Source: Selaginella moellendorffii
Lineage: Eukaryota > Plantae > Lycopodiophyta
NCBI RefSeq assembly: GCF_000143415.4
Contig: NW_003314281.1
Span: 1,775,882 to 1,839,881 of the forward strand
Direction of reading: 5' to 3'
Length of the DNA: 64,000 nucleotides
Notes under the pieces: model-generated
The model's database searches: none
Seen by the model: the letters and a program-made list of their open reading frames with translations, nothing else
Told to the model about the DNA's origin: nothing
Made by a program: the position numbers and the translations under genes
Part shown: positions 11,604 through 23,077 of the stretch, piece after piece
Layout: the number at the start of each line of letters is the position of its first letter
Numbering within the stretch: position 1 is the first letter of the stretch

Positions 11604-14600
11604 CTAATTAGCTCCAAAAGTTTTTTGCAACTCAGCAATAGTAAGGCTTGCTTGGTGTATATGAATATCCACTTTAGGATCCTGGTGCAAGATGTTGATG
11701 AAGATGTAGTACATATGCTTGCAAGGAGCATATGCCTTCCCATGTTCCTCGCGCTTCATAAAGTCTGGACATGTGCAAGAAGGAAAGTCGTGAATGGCAA
11801 TTGTGTACTCTCCACTTTCTGTTTTGACTATGTACTCCTTTGCAAGCGTAGTGATGTACTTCGTGGAGAGAATCTCACACTCAAGTGTTTGAGCCAAGTT
11901 TATTTTACCTTGCTTCTGCTTGGAGATGGTACCAATAAATTTAACTGCTTTACCTTTTCGTGCTGGCCTCCTGTGCATCTCTGTAGGAATAGTCCTGCTC
12001 CTGTCACTCATGTCTCCAACTCTCCTCTCAAGATTAAAACCAGATTTCTCAAGGTTTTCAATCTCATCCGAAGTGAGCGCGACCCCATTAGCAACTGGCC
12101 ATTCTTTAGGTACTGCATCAGGTTTAGTCACTATAGTGTCTTCAAGCCGCTTCGTATGGTTGGCGTCGGTGTTGCAACAATATAGCCAACACCATCTTGA
12201 AAATCCTGCTTGCTTTCGTTCCCCATAGAAACATGGGGCTGGAACAGAAGCAGATTTTTCACCACAAATCCAGGCCCAACACTTGCCCCTCGGAAGCATC
12301 CCCACACACCTTACATTTGATTTTGTTGGCACACGTCGGATTGCCCATTGCTTCGGCTCCACACTACAGTAAGCAATTTCAACCTGTTGCGATGCACTCT
12401 CTTCATCAGCCACTTGAGGTGGCTCAGTCCGAGAGCGGTGTCTTGGAGCAGAATGGTACTCGACATTAGGCCTGTGGGAGCTTTTTGCTCCAAGGTCCGT
12501 ACCAACATCTTCCCCAGCAAAGGAAAAATGACGCTTTGAGCGAACAGTCTTCATATCACCAATAGAAGCTCGGGGAGTGTACTCCATAGATGTGCCACGG
12601 ACCACTTCCTCAACTGTAGTTGCCACTGTTTGGGCGGGTGGAGTTAATTTTCTCTTCATCCTATCATGTAACATCTCAACAGAAGGCCCTGTTCCCATAT
12701 ATCTTCCTTCCTCGAATGCCAGTGCTTTTGAAGATTGCTCTATAGCACGTATCAAATCTGATAGACAGGCTTCGTATAGACTCATCTTCCCTTTCCCTGC
12801 CTCAAAGGAACGCCAACTCCAATGCTTACTTTCGGAGAGATTCACAGTTGGGGTGTATGCGAGGTCCTCAAGTGGTTGATCCTAATGGAAAAGGCAATAT
12901 TAAAAGGTAATAAAAGGAGAAGAAAAAATATAAACCAACCTGAAAAGAGTGATGTCCCCATTGGAACATCCTAATTTCCCACCATACTAACTATGACTCA
13001 AGTTGTGGTAGGCAACTTACGTCTGTATGGCCATCTTCATGCCACCACATTCGGATCTCATTTGCTTTTGCCTCATGCTCTTCTTTAGAAGGTGCAGCCT
13101 GCCATTGTTTGCACAACTCCTTAAATATTGATTGAAACTCTGGCTTGATAAGGTGGCAGTGCTGGTTTAGGCTTTGAGCCCAATGGAACTCACAAGTCCT
13201 CTCACGACCTTCCAATGGTTGACCATTCCCAAAAACTGCTCGGATACCATTCCAGTTTGCACCAGCCCCATCTGCCATGAAACCACGAAAGTTTGCAGGC
13301 TTACCAGTCCACTTTAGGACAATATCAGAGAGGGACTTCCAAAATATTTCCTGTGCTGTCTGGTCTTGTACTTTAAACTCTACTGTCGCAATTGTTAAAT
13401 TACAACGTAGCCTATAAAAACATAAATATTATAACAATTTCAATATAATGAGAATAAAAATTACCTTGGATCATATACATGAGCTCCCATGGTTGTCCAA
13501 CCGGATACATGCTCCATATGGTCAAAATGTACCTATGCATTTGCAAGGTCACTGGACCCAAACATGTCCATTCGGGAGACAAGATCTACTCCAGAGGCAG
13601 GGCCCATGGTAGACATTTTGAAGACGAAGGGGCGCTCTTGCTCATTCACAACTTGGTCTGGAAACAAACTTCCGTGGATGAACTCGTATGGACAAGTCCG
13701 TTTCAATTCAAGGATGGAGTCAATTTTTGATTGCAACTTCCCCTCTCGAGATTCACACATCCAAGATTTTATCCTAAACAATATAATGTAAGAAAAAATT
13801 ATTATTATAACGTATGAAAAATAACGGATGTACCTCCTTAGGCTAGTAGCAGGTTGTACTCCTCATAGTAAGTCCCGCAAGCTAGCCTCGTTTAGTTGAG
13901 TCTTTTGGCAACCTGGATTGAGTAAGGTATTTGCGATAAAATCCTTGAGGACGGTCTTCTGAACATGCTTCGGAGTTGCAGATGAGTTTCTCATAGTCTC
14001 TTCCTGTACAGCATCTTTGAAACGGTTGAGAGAACTCCTTTGTATCCCTTCCTGCATTGGATGCATATGTGTGCCAACATGCACTGCAGCTCTTCCAGCC
14101 ACTCCATCCCGTGGAAGAAAGTAGTACATCTTGGCATCGCAGATAGCACGACATAGAGGAGCATTTTTGCAGAATCGACATTTGAATCCAACAGCAATGG
14201 TGTCACAGGCTGGAGGATTGACTGCAGACCCTTCGAAAAATATAGAGTTTCTAGAGCGGTCTCGATTGCATGCTTCATCCACACAATCTAAATGCCCGCC
14301 ACAATAAACTATAGACACTGTGCCTTCAAAATGTTGGAAGTGTGTGGTCTTGATCTTGCACCAATTGTGGACATCCTGCTTGGTTTCCATCCCCTTCCGT
14401 TTGGAACTTGTGCTGCTGACAAGAGGTGGTAGCTCGAAGAAAATGTTGCCGTTGTAGGAGGATGGAAGCTCACTCACAAGCCTATACAAAAACAAGTGCA
14501 CGTCGATTGAGAGGCGTGAAAACTGGAAAGCATTGCTAACGGCTTTGAATATTGCTGAAGTTGGAGCTGGAGCTGGTGAATTTGGCGCCGACACTAGCAT

Positions 14601-14687
14601 GACATCTTCATTTGAACTAGAAGAGGACGAGAGGATAACGACTGACTCTTGCTTCACATTCACTTTCGCTAGAGTGCATTTTGGCAT
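11604..14687 (-). pseudogene. MULE-type DDE transposase with N-terminal GCM-like Zn domain and C-terminal SWIM finger. Exons 14687-13834, 13773-13465, 13411-12940, 12881-11604 (~970 codons, 3 in-frame stops)
   Basis: Three GT-AG introns join in frame. VHFDH (D1), FMADG (D2), CEFHW (MULE CxxH signature), TVNLSESKH (E); SWIM CTCPDF...PCKH; N-terminal CGGHLDC...CRFC...C...GTHMHP. Stops at 13863-65, 13533-35 and 12991-93. Confidence 0.9.
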
Positions 14688-15725
14688 TTTGACTGGAGAT
14701 CCAAACACTCGAATCTCCTTCGACTTGGAATTTTGTAAATCCCATTGTTGTCCACCCTCGCCCACACCAGAAAGAAGAAACTCCGAGTATGCAACTATAC
14801 CGGTGTCGTTGCGGATCACAGCCTCTAAAGAAATAGAGCCAAGACAAAGATCAAAACGCCAACATAAAAAACTTTCAGAAACAATACTCTGAGAGAATGA
14901 AAGAGGTGGGTGATCTCGAAAATGAAGAAGAAACCTCTCCATCCTTCTCAATAGGTTTTGGAGTTCTCTCTCTTTATGCTACTTATAAAAATCTATAGTG
15001 AAACATAATTGAAATTTAAATAGAGTAATAAGAAGACAACGTACAAAATGAATTTAAATTCTATAGCAAATTTAACATGTGTAAGTGTGACAGTATTAAT
15101 ATTACTGTCATCTATTATGATGTCTGATGCATGTATACACATAGATCCAAGGAAAGATTTTCAGCACGTGAGTTTGATAGTTAATAATGATACCAGTAAT
15201 GACATTCAGCTATAACGTGTCAAACCAAGAGATCCAATCTAACTATCAGCACATGTGATATGTCAAGTTGTTAAATTTTGAGTGGTAGATGATAATAAAT
15301 CTTGTCAAATCTTATTCTTCAATAACAGATTTGATTCGTAGTACAACTCAAGTTTTATCCATAATTGTGAACACTGCTCAATGACATTTAAAGCACGTGC
15401 CTATTGTCTAGGATCTAATACAGTACAAAATAAATTTCTGGATGAGGATTCATCCATTCATAGATGGATATAGTACAACATATTTTAACGTGCCTTATTT
15501 ATACTCTTTGAAGTTCTTGTAACGATTCCAAAATATGTACAAAATAGTGATGAGAATGCATCCTTTCTAGATAATTTGTAAAATATAATATCATATCTCT
15601 AATAACAGAAATGTTGATAGGTGCTAGTTATACCATCATTAAAATATAGAAAATAAAGAAGCATAATTTACATATAATAATAATGATAAGATAAAATAAG
15701 ATCAAAGATATTGTGATGGTTGAGA

Positions 15726-15820
15726 TTTAGGTTATTCGGAATGAACGGCCAGGATTAGAGATTGGTTAGGGTTAGGGCAGCCGTCAGGATTAGGGTTAGG
15801 GTAGCCGCCAAGATTAGGTT
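15726..15820 (+). promoter_or_regulatory. Telo-box / TTAGGG-like cluster upstream of the ParB-MTase gene
   Basis: TTAGGGTTAGGG occurs twice plus TTAGGTTA variants; partly conserved at 24986-25065. Confidence 0.45.
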
Positions 15821-15844
15821 ACTGTTTGCATCGTGAGTGGAGCG

Positions 15845-16143
15845 TGTGAGAGATCGAGAGATTGAGCGCGAAGGAGATCGAGGGATTGAGCGCGAAGGAG
15901 ATCGAGTGATTGAGCGTGCAAGAGATCGAGAGATTGAGCGTGCAAGAGATCGAGAGATTGAGCGCGCGAGCGGGAGAGATTGAGCGCGCGAGCAGGAGAG
16001 ATTGAGCGCGTGAGCGGGAGAGATTGAGTGCGTGAGCAGGAGAGATTGAGTGCACGAGCGGGAGAGATTGAGTGTGCGAGCAGGAGAGATTGAGTGCGCG
16101 AGCGGGAGAGATTGAGTGCGCGAGCGGGAGAGATTGAGCGCAC
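15845..16143 (+). repeat. Minisatellite of 24-bp then 20-bp units (GAGATTGAGYGYGCGAGCRG) in the putative 5' leader of the cargo gene
   Basis: About 14 copies of the GATTGAG core directly visible; degenerate counterpart at 25075-25365. Confidence 0.9.
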
Positions 16144-16181
16144 AAGAAATCTAGCACGATCAAGAAATCGAGGGAGGAAAG

Positions 16182-19100
16182 ATGCCGCCAAGGGTGAGTT
16201 NNNNNNNNNNNNNNNNNNNNNNNNNNNNNNNNNNNNNNNNNNNNNNNNNNNNNNNNNNNNNNNNNNNNNNNNNNNNNNNNNNNNNNNNNNNNNNNNNNNN
16301 NNNNNNNNNNNNNNNNNNNNNNNNNNNNNNNNNNNNNNNNNNNNNNNNNNNNNNNNNNNNNNNNNNNNNNNNNNNNNNNNNNNNNNNNNNNNNNNNNNNN
16401 NNNNNNNNNNNNNNNNNNNNNNNNNNNNNNNNNNNNNNNNNNNNNNNNNNNNNNNNNNNNNNNNNNNNNNNNNNNNNNNNNNNNNNNNNNNNNNNNNNNN
16501 NNNNNNNNNNNNNNNNNNNNNNNNNNNNNNNNNNNNNNNNNNNNNNNNNNNNNNNNNNNNNNNNNNNNNNNNNNNNNNNNNNNNNNNNNNNNNNNNNNNN
16601 NNNNNNNNNNNNNNNNNNNNNNNNNNNNNNNNNNNNNNNNNNNNNNNNNNNNNNNNNNNNNNNNNNNNNNNNNNNNNNNNNNNNNNNNNNNNNNNNNNNN
16701 NNNNNNNNNNNNNNNNNNNNNNNNNNNNNNNNNNNNNNNNNNNNNNNNNNNNNNNNNNNNNNNNNNNNNNNNNNNNNNNNNNNNNNNNNNNNNNNNNNNN
16801 NNNNNNNNNNNNNNNNNNNNNNNNNNNNNNNNNNNNNNNNNNNNNNNNNNNNNNNNNNNNNNNNNNNNNNNNNNNNNNNNNNNNNNNNNNNNNNNNNNNN
16901 NNNNNNNNNNNNNNNNNNNNNNNNNNNNNNNNNNNNNNNNNNNNNNNNNNNNNNNNNNNNNNNNNNNNNNNNNNNNNNNNNNNNNNNNNNNNNNNNNNNN
17001 NNNNNNNNNNNNNNAAGTGCCCGAGGTCGAGCTCCCGCCGGCCACCTCGGGCAGTTTTGCTTGCCGAGGGGCCGAGGTTATTCAAATAACCTCAGCCCCT
17101 CGGCGAGCAAAAGTGCCCGAGGTTAAGCTCCGGCCCGCCACCTCGGGCACTTTGGCTGCCCAGGAGGCCACTGAAGTGCCTGAGGTGGCTGGCCCGAGCT
17201 CGACCTCGGGCACTTTAGGGGTCGGAGGGGCCGAGGTTATTTGAATAACCTCGGCCTCCTGGGCAGCCAAAGTGCCTGAGGTGGAGTCTAGGCCCACTTT
17301 GATTTTTTTTTTCTCTTTGACTGTTTGAATTTCTCATTATCTTTATTTAGTTTGACTAACAAAACTTTTTCTCTTGTAGAAAAGGAAAACTGTAACACAG
17401 AAAAAGGTTGTTGGAGCCAAGAAGACACAAGAAGTTCAATTTAGCACTGACGACGACATCACAATCGACATGTCCATTGGCACAATAGAGACACATTTAG
17501 ATAGAGATTCACCACCTCCACCACCATCACCTCCACCATCACCACCTCCACCACCTCCATCACCGCCATCGCCACCTCCACCACCTCCATCACCACCTCC
17601 ACCACCTCCATCGCCACCGCCACCACCACCATTGCCACCACCACTACCACTATTGCCTCTGCCCCCGCCGCCACCGCCACTACCACCATTGCCACCACCA
17701 CTGCCACTATTGCCTTTGCCCCCGCCACCACCACCACCACCACCAACGCAAATCCCTGAAGTTGGGCAATCTAGTGGTGTTCACGATAGGGAACCTGAGG
17801 AACAGCCTAGAGCTGAAAGAGTTGCAGACCTTCCTGACAACATGGTGGACAAGCGCTTCCAAGAGACTGTTATGCGGACAAGGGAAAAAGCAGTTCACCA
17901 AACACTTGAGGCACTCAAGTGGCCAGGCCCTTGTGACTTGATCAGAGAAATCCCCCTTTGCCGTTTGCAGCAGACGAACCTTGTCCGCACAGCATCCAAG
18001 TATGTCAACCCGGATATATACAGCTTGTTCAAACAGAATGGCCTTGCAACAAATATCGGTATGTTTCTAGTCTCTTTTTGCAAGCCAGGAACAACGGAAA
18101 TCATTACTGTCACACCCGAGATTGTGAATAGCTGGGATCCTATTTGGAGGAGGAAGTCCCTAGAATTTGATGACATGCTTATCAGACATCCTGAGACTCG
18201 ACAGCTTGCGGGGACAATGTTCCAAATTATTGACGGTAACCACCGATATGGAGCTTGGATGAAGTGTATCGACGATCATTTTCGCGATGATCCTGTCTAC
18301 CATATCAACGTTCCAGTCGGCCATGTCTACGCGAGGGGACCTTTGGATGTCAACAGACTTATCTTGGCCTGCCAAAAGATCAATGCGTAAGTTTTATAAT
18401 TTTACCTCTAACTCCACTTTAACTTGTTTTGTTGTGTTTAAATGTAGGCTTGGGCAGTTCGCTGTTCAAAAACAAAATCTTGTCCATGACATCGAACAAC
18501 TTCGATTTTTGGCAGACTTGAGTGAGGATGACATCTGCCAACATTATGGTGATGATCTCGCAACACTTGTTCGGCACTCACGCACTCGAAATGACGGTAC
18601 AACTTGGTTCAACAACCCAATCAGTTTTATGCTCGCTGTGTGGTGTAAGGTATGTGTTTCCCTTTTATTTTATAAAAGCCTCTTTTAATTATTTTTGTTT
18701 TTAGCCTTTGGTGAAGGTCAAGCAGGATGCTTACGAACTTGCATATCCGGAGAAGAGTCGGGAAGAGCTCTCAGCTGAGTTTGTACAAATTGAGCACAAA
18801 ATTCAGCATGCAAAGTCCTCAAAGTTGAAGAAACTAGTATGCATTGCAGACAATCGCAGGCCGAAGGAGTGGCTAGAGACTATAGCCGAAATTTCTTCTC
18901 ATGAATGTAAGTTTTTTATCACACTTCATTTTTCTTAATTATGCATATGTTACTTTTGCAGTGAACAAAACTCCAGATGATATGATTTACAATATCGCAA
19001 AATCGAAGCTTCCATATAAGCAACAGATAGAGACTCTGGAGTTCCTCAATGTCTGCTTGATGAACCGAGAGAAAGGACTACCAGAACTATTTGAGAACAT

Positions 19101-21017
19101 GATGAGAAGGGCTGTCTACATCACGCAAACTATAAGTGAAGGTGAGAAGTTCTTGGCACCACACATTGGTGACGATCCAGATGGCACATTCATGTCTTTC
19201 GACACCTACATCAACACGTCATTGGAAGGGATCGATTAGGGGTGGCTGTCAGAGAAGTCTACAAGCACAACAACTTATGATTGCCAACATGGTCAACCTT
19301 ATTTCATGTGACGTGCAGCTTATAGGTATAATATGATTTCTAAGACTGTTTTTTAATATATATTGTTTACAGGTATCTTCGATATAGAGGCATGCCATTT
19401 GAGGCACCAGTTTGCACTCGACTTGTTGCAAAGGGTGTAAGAGATGGAGGAATGTATCCAACAATGTTTGCGAGAGTTCCGAAGGCACGGAAGATAGAAT
19501 GCCCTTGGGAGTTGGAGCTCCTAGGGAAGGAGACCTCTACACTAGATCGCGAGGAAATTATCAATGCTAGCAACAATGGCAATGCAAGTGACGATGGAGA
19601 CGAGGATGAGGAAGCTCCAGATCAAGTTCATGTTCCACCACCAGACAGTCAGGAACAGGCTCCAATTCAACCATCAAACAACCAAGATCCAGATCAGGTT
19701 TTATCAGTAAATAACGATGATCAAGTGGTTCACCGAATATCACGTCGACCTCGAGATAAGCAAAAGTGAATTTTACAAACTAAAGGTGGTAATACATGTT
19801 TGCAGCAATGACTGTTGGTAGTAATTTCATTCCAGCTCGACGAGATGCTCGTGAAGAGGAGTTGGAGGAACTCTCATCGACAACAAGCCATATGACGGTA
19901 TCATACTATTTATTACTTTTTTCATTCACTTAGCTCTTTTATAGGTCCGTCCTGTGTCCCCAATAACACAACGAGGCATTGTGGGTATCTTCATTGGCTC
20001 TTACAGTAGATTATTGACATCTTTCACAGAAGACGACATCAACATGGATATACGCCGCCAGTTCAACCGTTGGTGCCGAAAGATACAAAGGCCCGTGCTC
20101 CCAGTTGCGGACTTCATTCTCTTCGACTTTCCAGATGGTCTTTCAGATATCGATGGGAAAGTTGAGGATTGGAACTTTTTCACACCTGACCACTTGCGCG
20201 ATGCATTCCTATTGTCCGAAGTACTTATGCTCGAAGCTGGCCATGTCGTCTTCATCCTACCGAATGACCCCAACTGGATGTATGAGCTTATGACGTGCGC
20301 AGCAGAAGTTCATTTCAAGTCATTCTCTTCCGGGTGCATTATGGATCCTATTGGCGTTGATACGAGGGGCGTTCAATGGAAGCCTGAAAAGGTGAGTATG
20401 TATTTTATATTTTTATCTAATTTCTAAACATTTTTATTTTCCAGGTTATGATGTGGACCTATCATGCCTTCTGCAGAAACACACATGATGGGTTTCGTGA
20501 TAGCGAACGTGCAGCACGTGTTTTGCCTGGGTACGACAGTTCCACTAACATCATACCCAACCTTGTGGATGAGCAGATCCGCAACACGTTTCCAGGGTAC
20601 CGATTCCGAACTCCATCAGCAATGCAAGTCTTGCTTGAGCTCTATTGCCCACCAGATGGTATTGTGATTGATTGCACAGCAGGTAGTGGTTCTATGGTGG
20701 AGGCAGCACGTGACTCTGGTAGGTCGGTGTTTGCTATTGAAGAACATCATTTCTTCAAACGCCGGCTCAGAGGATTTCGTGAGTTGCCTTCAACCTCAAG
20801 GAGGTAAATTATGTTTTATTAAAATTTCAATATATATTTCATTCTATTTTATAGATCACAGTCACCTGGAGTTTCTAGAATTGGAGGCTTTCGAAGTCTC
20901 CCTGACTATGCAGAAGCCATGGCTCAACATATGCAAGGTGAATCTTCCCCACAATACCACTATAGGAGGAAGTATAAAAGAAATCATTATGTTGATGATG
21001 AGGCAGAAGAAAGTTAA
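16182..21017 (+). pseudogene. Transposon cargo gene: NLS, Pro-rich tract, ParB/Srx-like domain, beta-class DNA amino-methyltransferase-like domain. Exons 16182-16193, 17380-18386, 18448-18649, 18705-18906, 18962-19325, 19373-19755, 19806-19897, 19945-20391, 20445-20803, 20855-21017 (1,077 codons)
   Basis: All junction phases are consistent (sum 3231 nt). MPPR|KRKTV start; FQIIDGNHRYGAW (18226-18246 core); DFILFDFPDG (20110-20139) precedes TPSAMQVLLELYCPPDGIVIDCTAGSGSMVEAARDSGRSVFAIE (motif I core 20664-20693). Lesions: two stops in exon 5, and donor 19756 GT>AT (intact GT in outer copy). Confidence 0.85.
17015..17300. repeat. GC-rich palindromic repeat array in intron 1 of the cargo gene
   Basis: Repeated AAGTGCCCGAGGT...ACCTCGGGCACTT and GGCCGAGGTTATT(C/T)(A/G)AATAACCTC(A/G)GCC hairpins; runs into the N gap; shorter version at 25440-25575. 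Confidence 0.85.
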
Positions 21018-21388
21018 TTGCATCCTTACATAAAATGGAAAGCTTGTTATATGTTAGATGTTAGTGAAAGTGTCAGATGTCAGTAAAATTGTCAAATGTC
21101 AGTGTCAGTGTCAGATACCATAATTATAGATTATCATTCTCACCTGTCACCATCACTTTGTAGCGTTNNNNNNNNNNNNNNNNNNNNNNNNNNNNNNNNN
21201 NNNNNNNNNNNNNNNNNNNNNNNNNNNNNNNNNNNNNNNNNNNNNNNNNNNNNNNNNNNNNNNNNNNTTGTATGTGATATGATAGCACCCTTCTAGAACA
21301 AGGTATGTTACCTACAACTAATATCATTTTATTATATTTTTTCTTTTAATAGTGACAATACTATAGTATAGTAAAGTAATTCTAAATC

Positions 21389-21934
21389 TTACATTCCACT
21401 ATAGGGTGGCCTAAAAACCCTATATTTTGCACTAGCCAATGTAGTGTTTCCCAAGGGGATGTTGTTCCTCACCATGAAGCGATAGTGGGTATGTGTCTGT
21501 AACTCATTCTTGAATCTATTGTACATCCACATGTGCATATTTTCCAGACCTGCCGTTGGGCAATTCTTACAATGCTCAAGAAAAGTTTGTAAACCCATAG
21601 AGCCATTTGTCTTGTCCAAGAAAAAGTAGCATATTGGACACCGAATGTAATAGCGTTCTGTGCTTTCAAGTAGTCCTGCCATGTCAGGAGCAAGATCTTG
21701 CAAAAACATGTGGCATTGCTCTTGAAGCGCTAAAGGTAATCCCTCTCTAGTAGCAAGATTCGGAATTTCACATATAGGGAGCTCTAATTCAGCTTCACTA
21801 GAGCCCTCAGTAGAAAAAGGATTGTTATGTAGAGGTGAAAGTGGAATGTTGGTAGAACTTGGGGATGGAGGTGGAGATTGATATGAAATGCTAGGGGGCC
21901 AAGTACGATTAGCAATGGGTCTCCTTTGAGCCAT
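21389..21934 (-). CDS. Transposon accessory ORF B, 181 aa, zinc finger paralogous to ORF A
   Basis: ATG 21934 (MAQRRP); CPICYFFLDKTNGSMGLQTFLEHC...H...FKNELQTHTHY vs ORF A CPIC...GIYALATHC...H...VKTEMETHEYY. Confidence 0.72.
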   Translation of the reverse strand: MAQRRPIANRTWPPSISYQSPPPSPSSTNIPLSPLHNNPFSTEGSSEAELELPICEIPNLATREGLPLALQEQCHMFLQDLAPDMAGLLESTERYYIRCPICYFFLDKTNGSMGLQTFLEHCKNCPTAGLENMHMWMYNRFKNELQTHTHYRFMVRNNIPLGNTTLASAKYRVFRPPYSGM

Positions 21935-22021
21935 TTCAATATAAACTTCTAAGGAGCTCAAGGAGAACAAAAAACCTACAATGACTATAACTTTTCTAGA
22001 TAGTTTATATACTAAGTTTTA

Positions 22022-22165
22022 GTCTTGGGAATGCGGTTTATTTATTATGACACTGACATTACCCAGATTCTTGGGACTGAGGTTTATTTATTATGACACT
22101 GAAAATATTCAGATTCTTGGGAACAAGGTTGATTTATTATGACACTGACAATACTCAGATTCTTT
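22022..22165. repeat. Three tandem ~46-bp repeats (TCTTGGGA...TTTATTATGACACTGA...CAGAT) upstream of ORF B
   Basis: Directly visible triplication. Confidence 0.8.
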
Positions 22166-23077
22166 AAATGTCAGTCTTGGAAATGGGACTTTGCTACACA
22201 TATACACATGCCAAATGTCTATGGAAATAAATTGCAAGGAAATATAGACCACATTATAGTGGTAGAGCACGTTGGCACGCTACCATTCTCTCATGTGAGA
22301 TTGCCTTTTAGTCTTGGAAATGTAGATAAAGTTGATTCTTTGATGTCATATTACTTTTGAGTCTTTCGAAAGATTTTGATTTCTTTTATCATTATTTACA
22401 AACAATTCCCAAAAACTTTTAATGAGGATTCACTGCAAAATATACCTTGGTCTTATCATATGAGAGGATTGCGATATAGGCAAGCAATAGAGTTTTTAAT
22501 ATGAATTAATATGTAAATTACAAATGTCATGGAAAGTTTTATGGAGTAGATTTCTTGGCGCTTTCCGCTGTGCTGTTCATTTCTTCATTTCTCTTGCTCT
22601 GGACTGTTGTTTCAGAAGTAACAGGAGCATTTTTATCAATTGTGATAGTGGTCTCCACATTCCCAGATGGGTAATAAGGACCAGGAGTGTAATATGGAGA
22701 TTGTGGTAGTGAAATAAAATTAACATTCTCACATTCCTTTGCACTACAACTCTTACTCACAGATCTTGTATTTTCCTTGCTTCCCATCTTCTCAAGAACC
22801 CTAAAAACTCTTTTGAATGAAGGAATAGTATCCACAGCTGTAAAAGTATTCAAAATATTAAGTAGTCAAATCAAATATGACAGCTGTAATAGTTGTCATA
22901 ATAAAATAATATAGTTTTATAAAAGATAGGTTCTCATGAACTTTGTCTTTTTTAAACAATTCAATCTTATAGAAACTTTTAACTTAGATATTTACGTATT
23001 TTAATATTTTAAAGTTTGCTAGAACCTTCATTTGTTCAATTTAGATCTCCTTTGTAATATTTCTTATTGACTATGTT

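Noticed and set aside
15726-15820. Interstitial telomere or chromosome-fusion site
   Set aside because: Only two TTAGGG dimers, also present in part in the outer copy; more consistent with telo-box promoter motifs.
15814-17126. Long ORFs in the track
   Set aside because: Artefacts of translating through N gaps and the minisatellite.
15845-17300. Repeat arrays as a CRISPR-like locus
   Set aside because: Units are tandem with no unique spacers, there are no cas-like ORFs, and the context is eukaryotic.
17459-17760. Extensin or formin gene from the poly-Pro tract, and Val/Gly/His-rich ORFs here and at 25673-26125
   Set aside because: The tract is a low-complexity linker within exon 2 of the cargo gene; the other frames are shadows of the CCA repeats.
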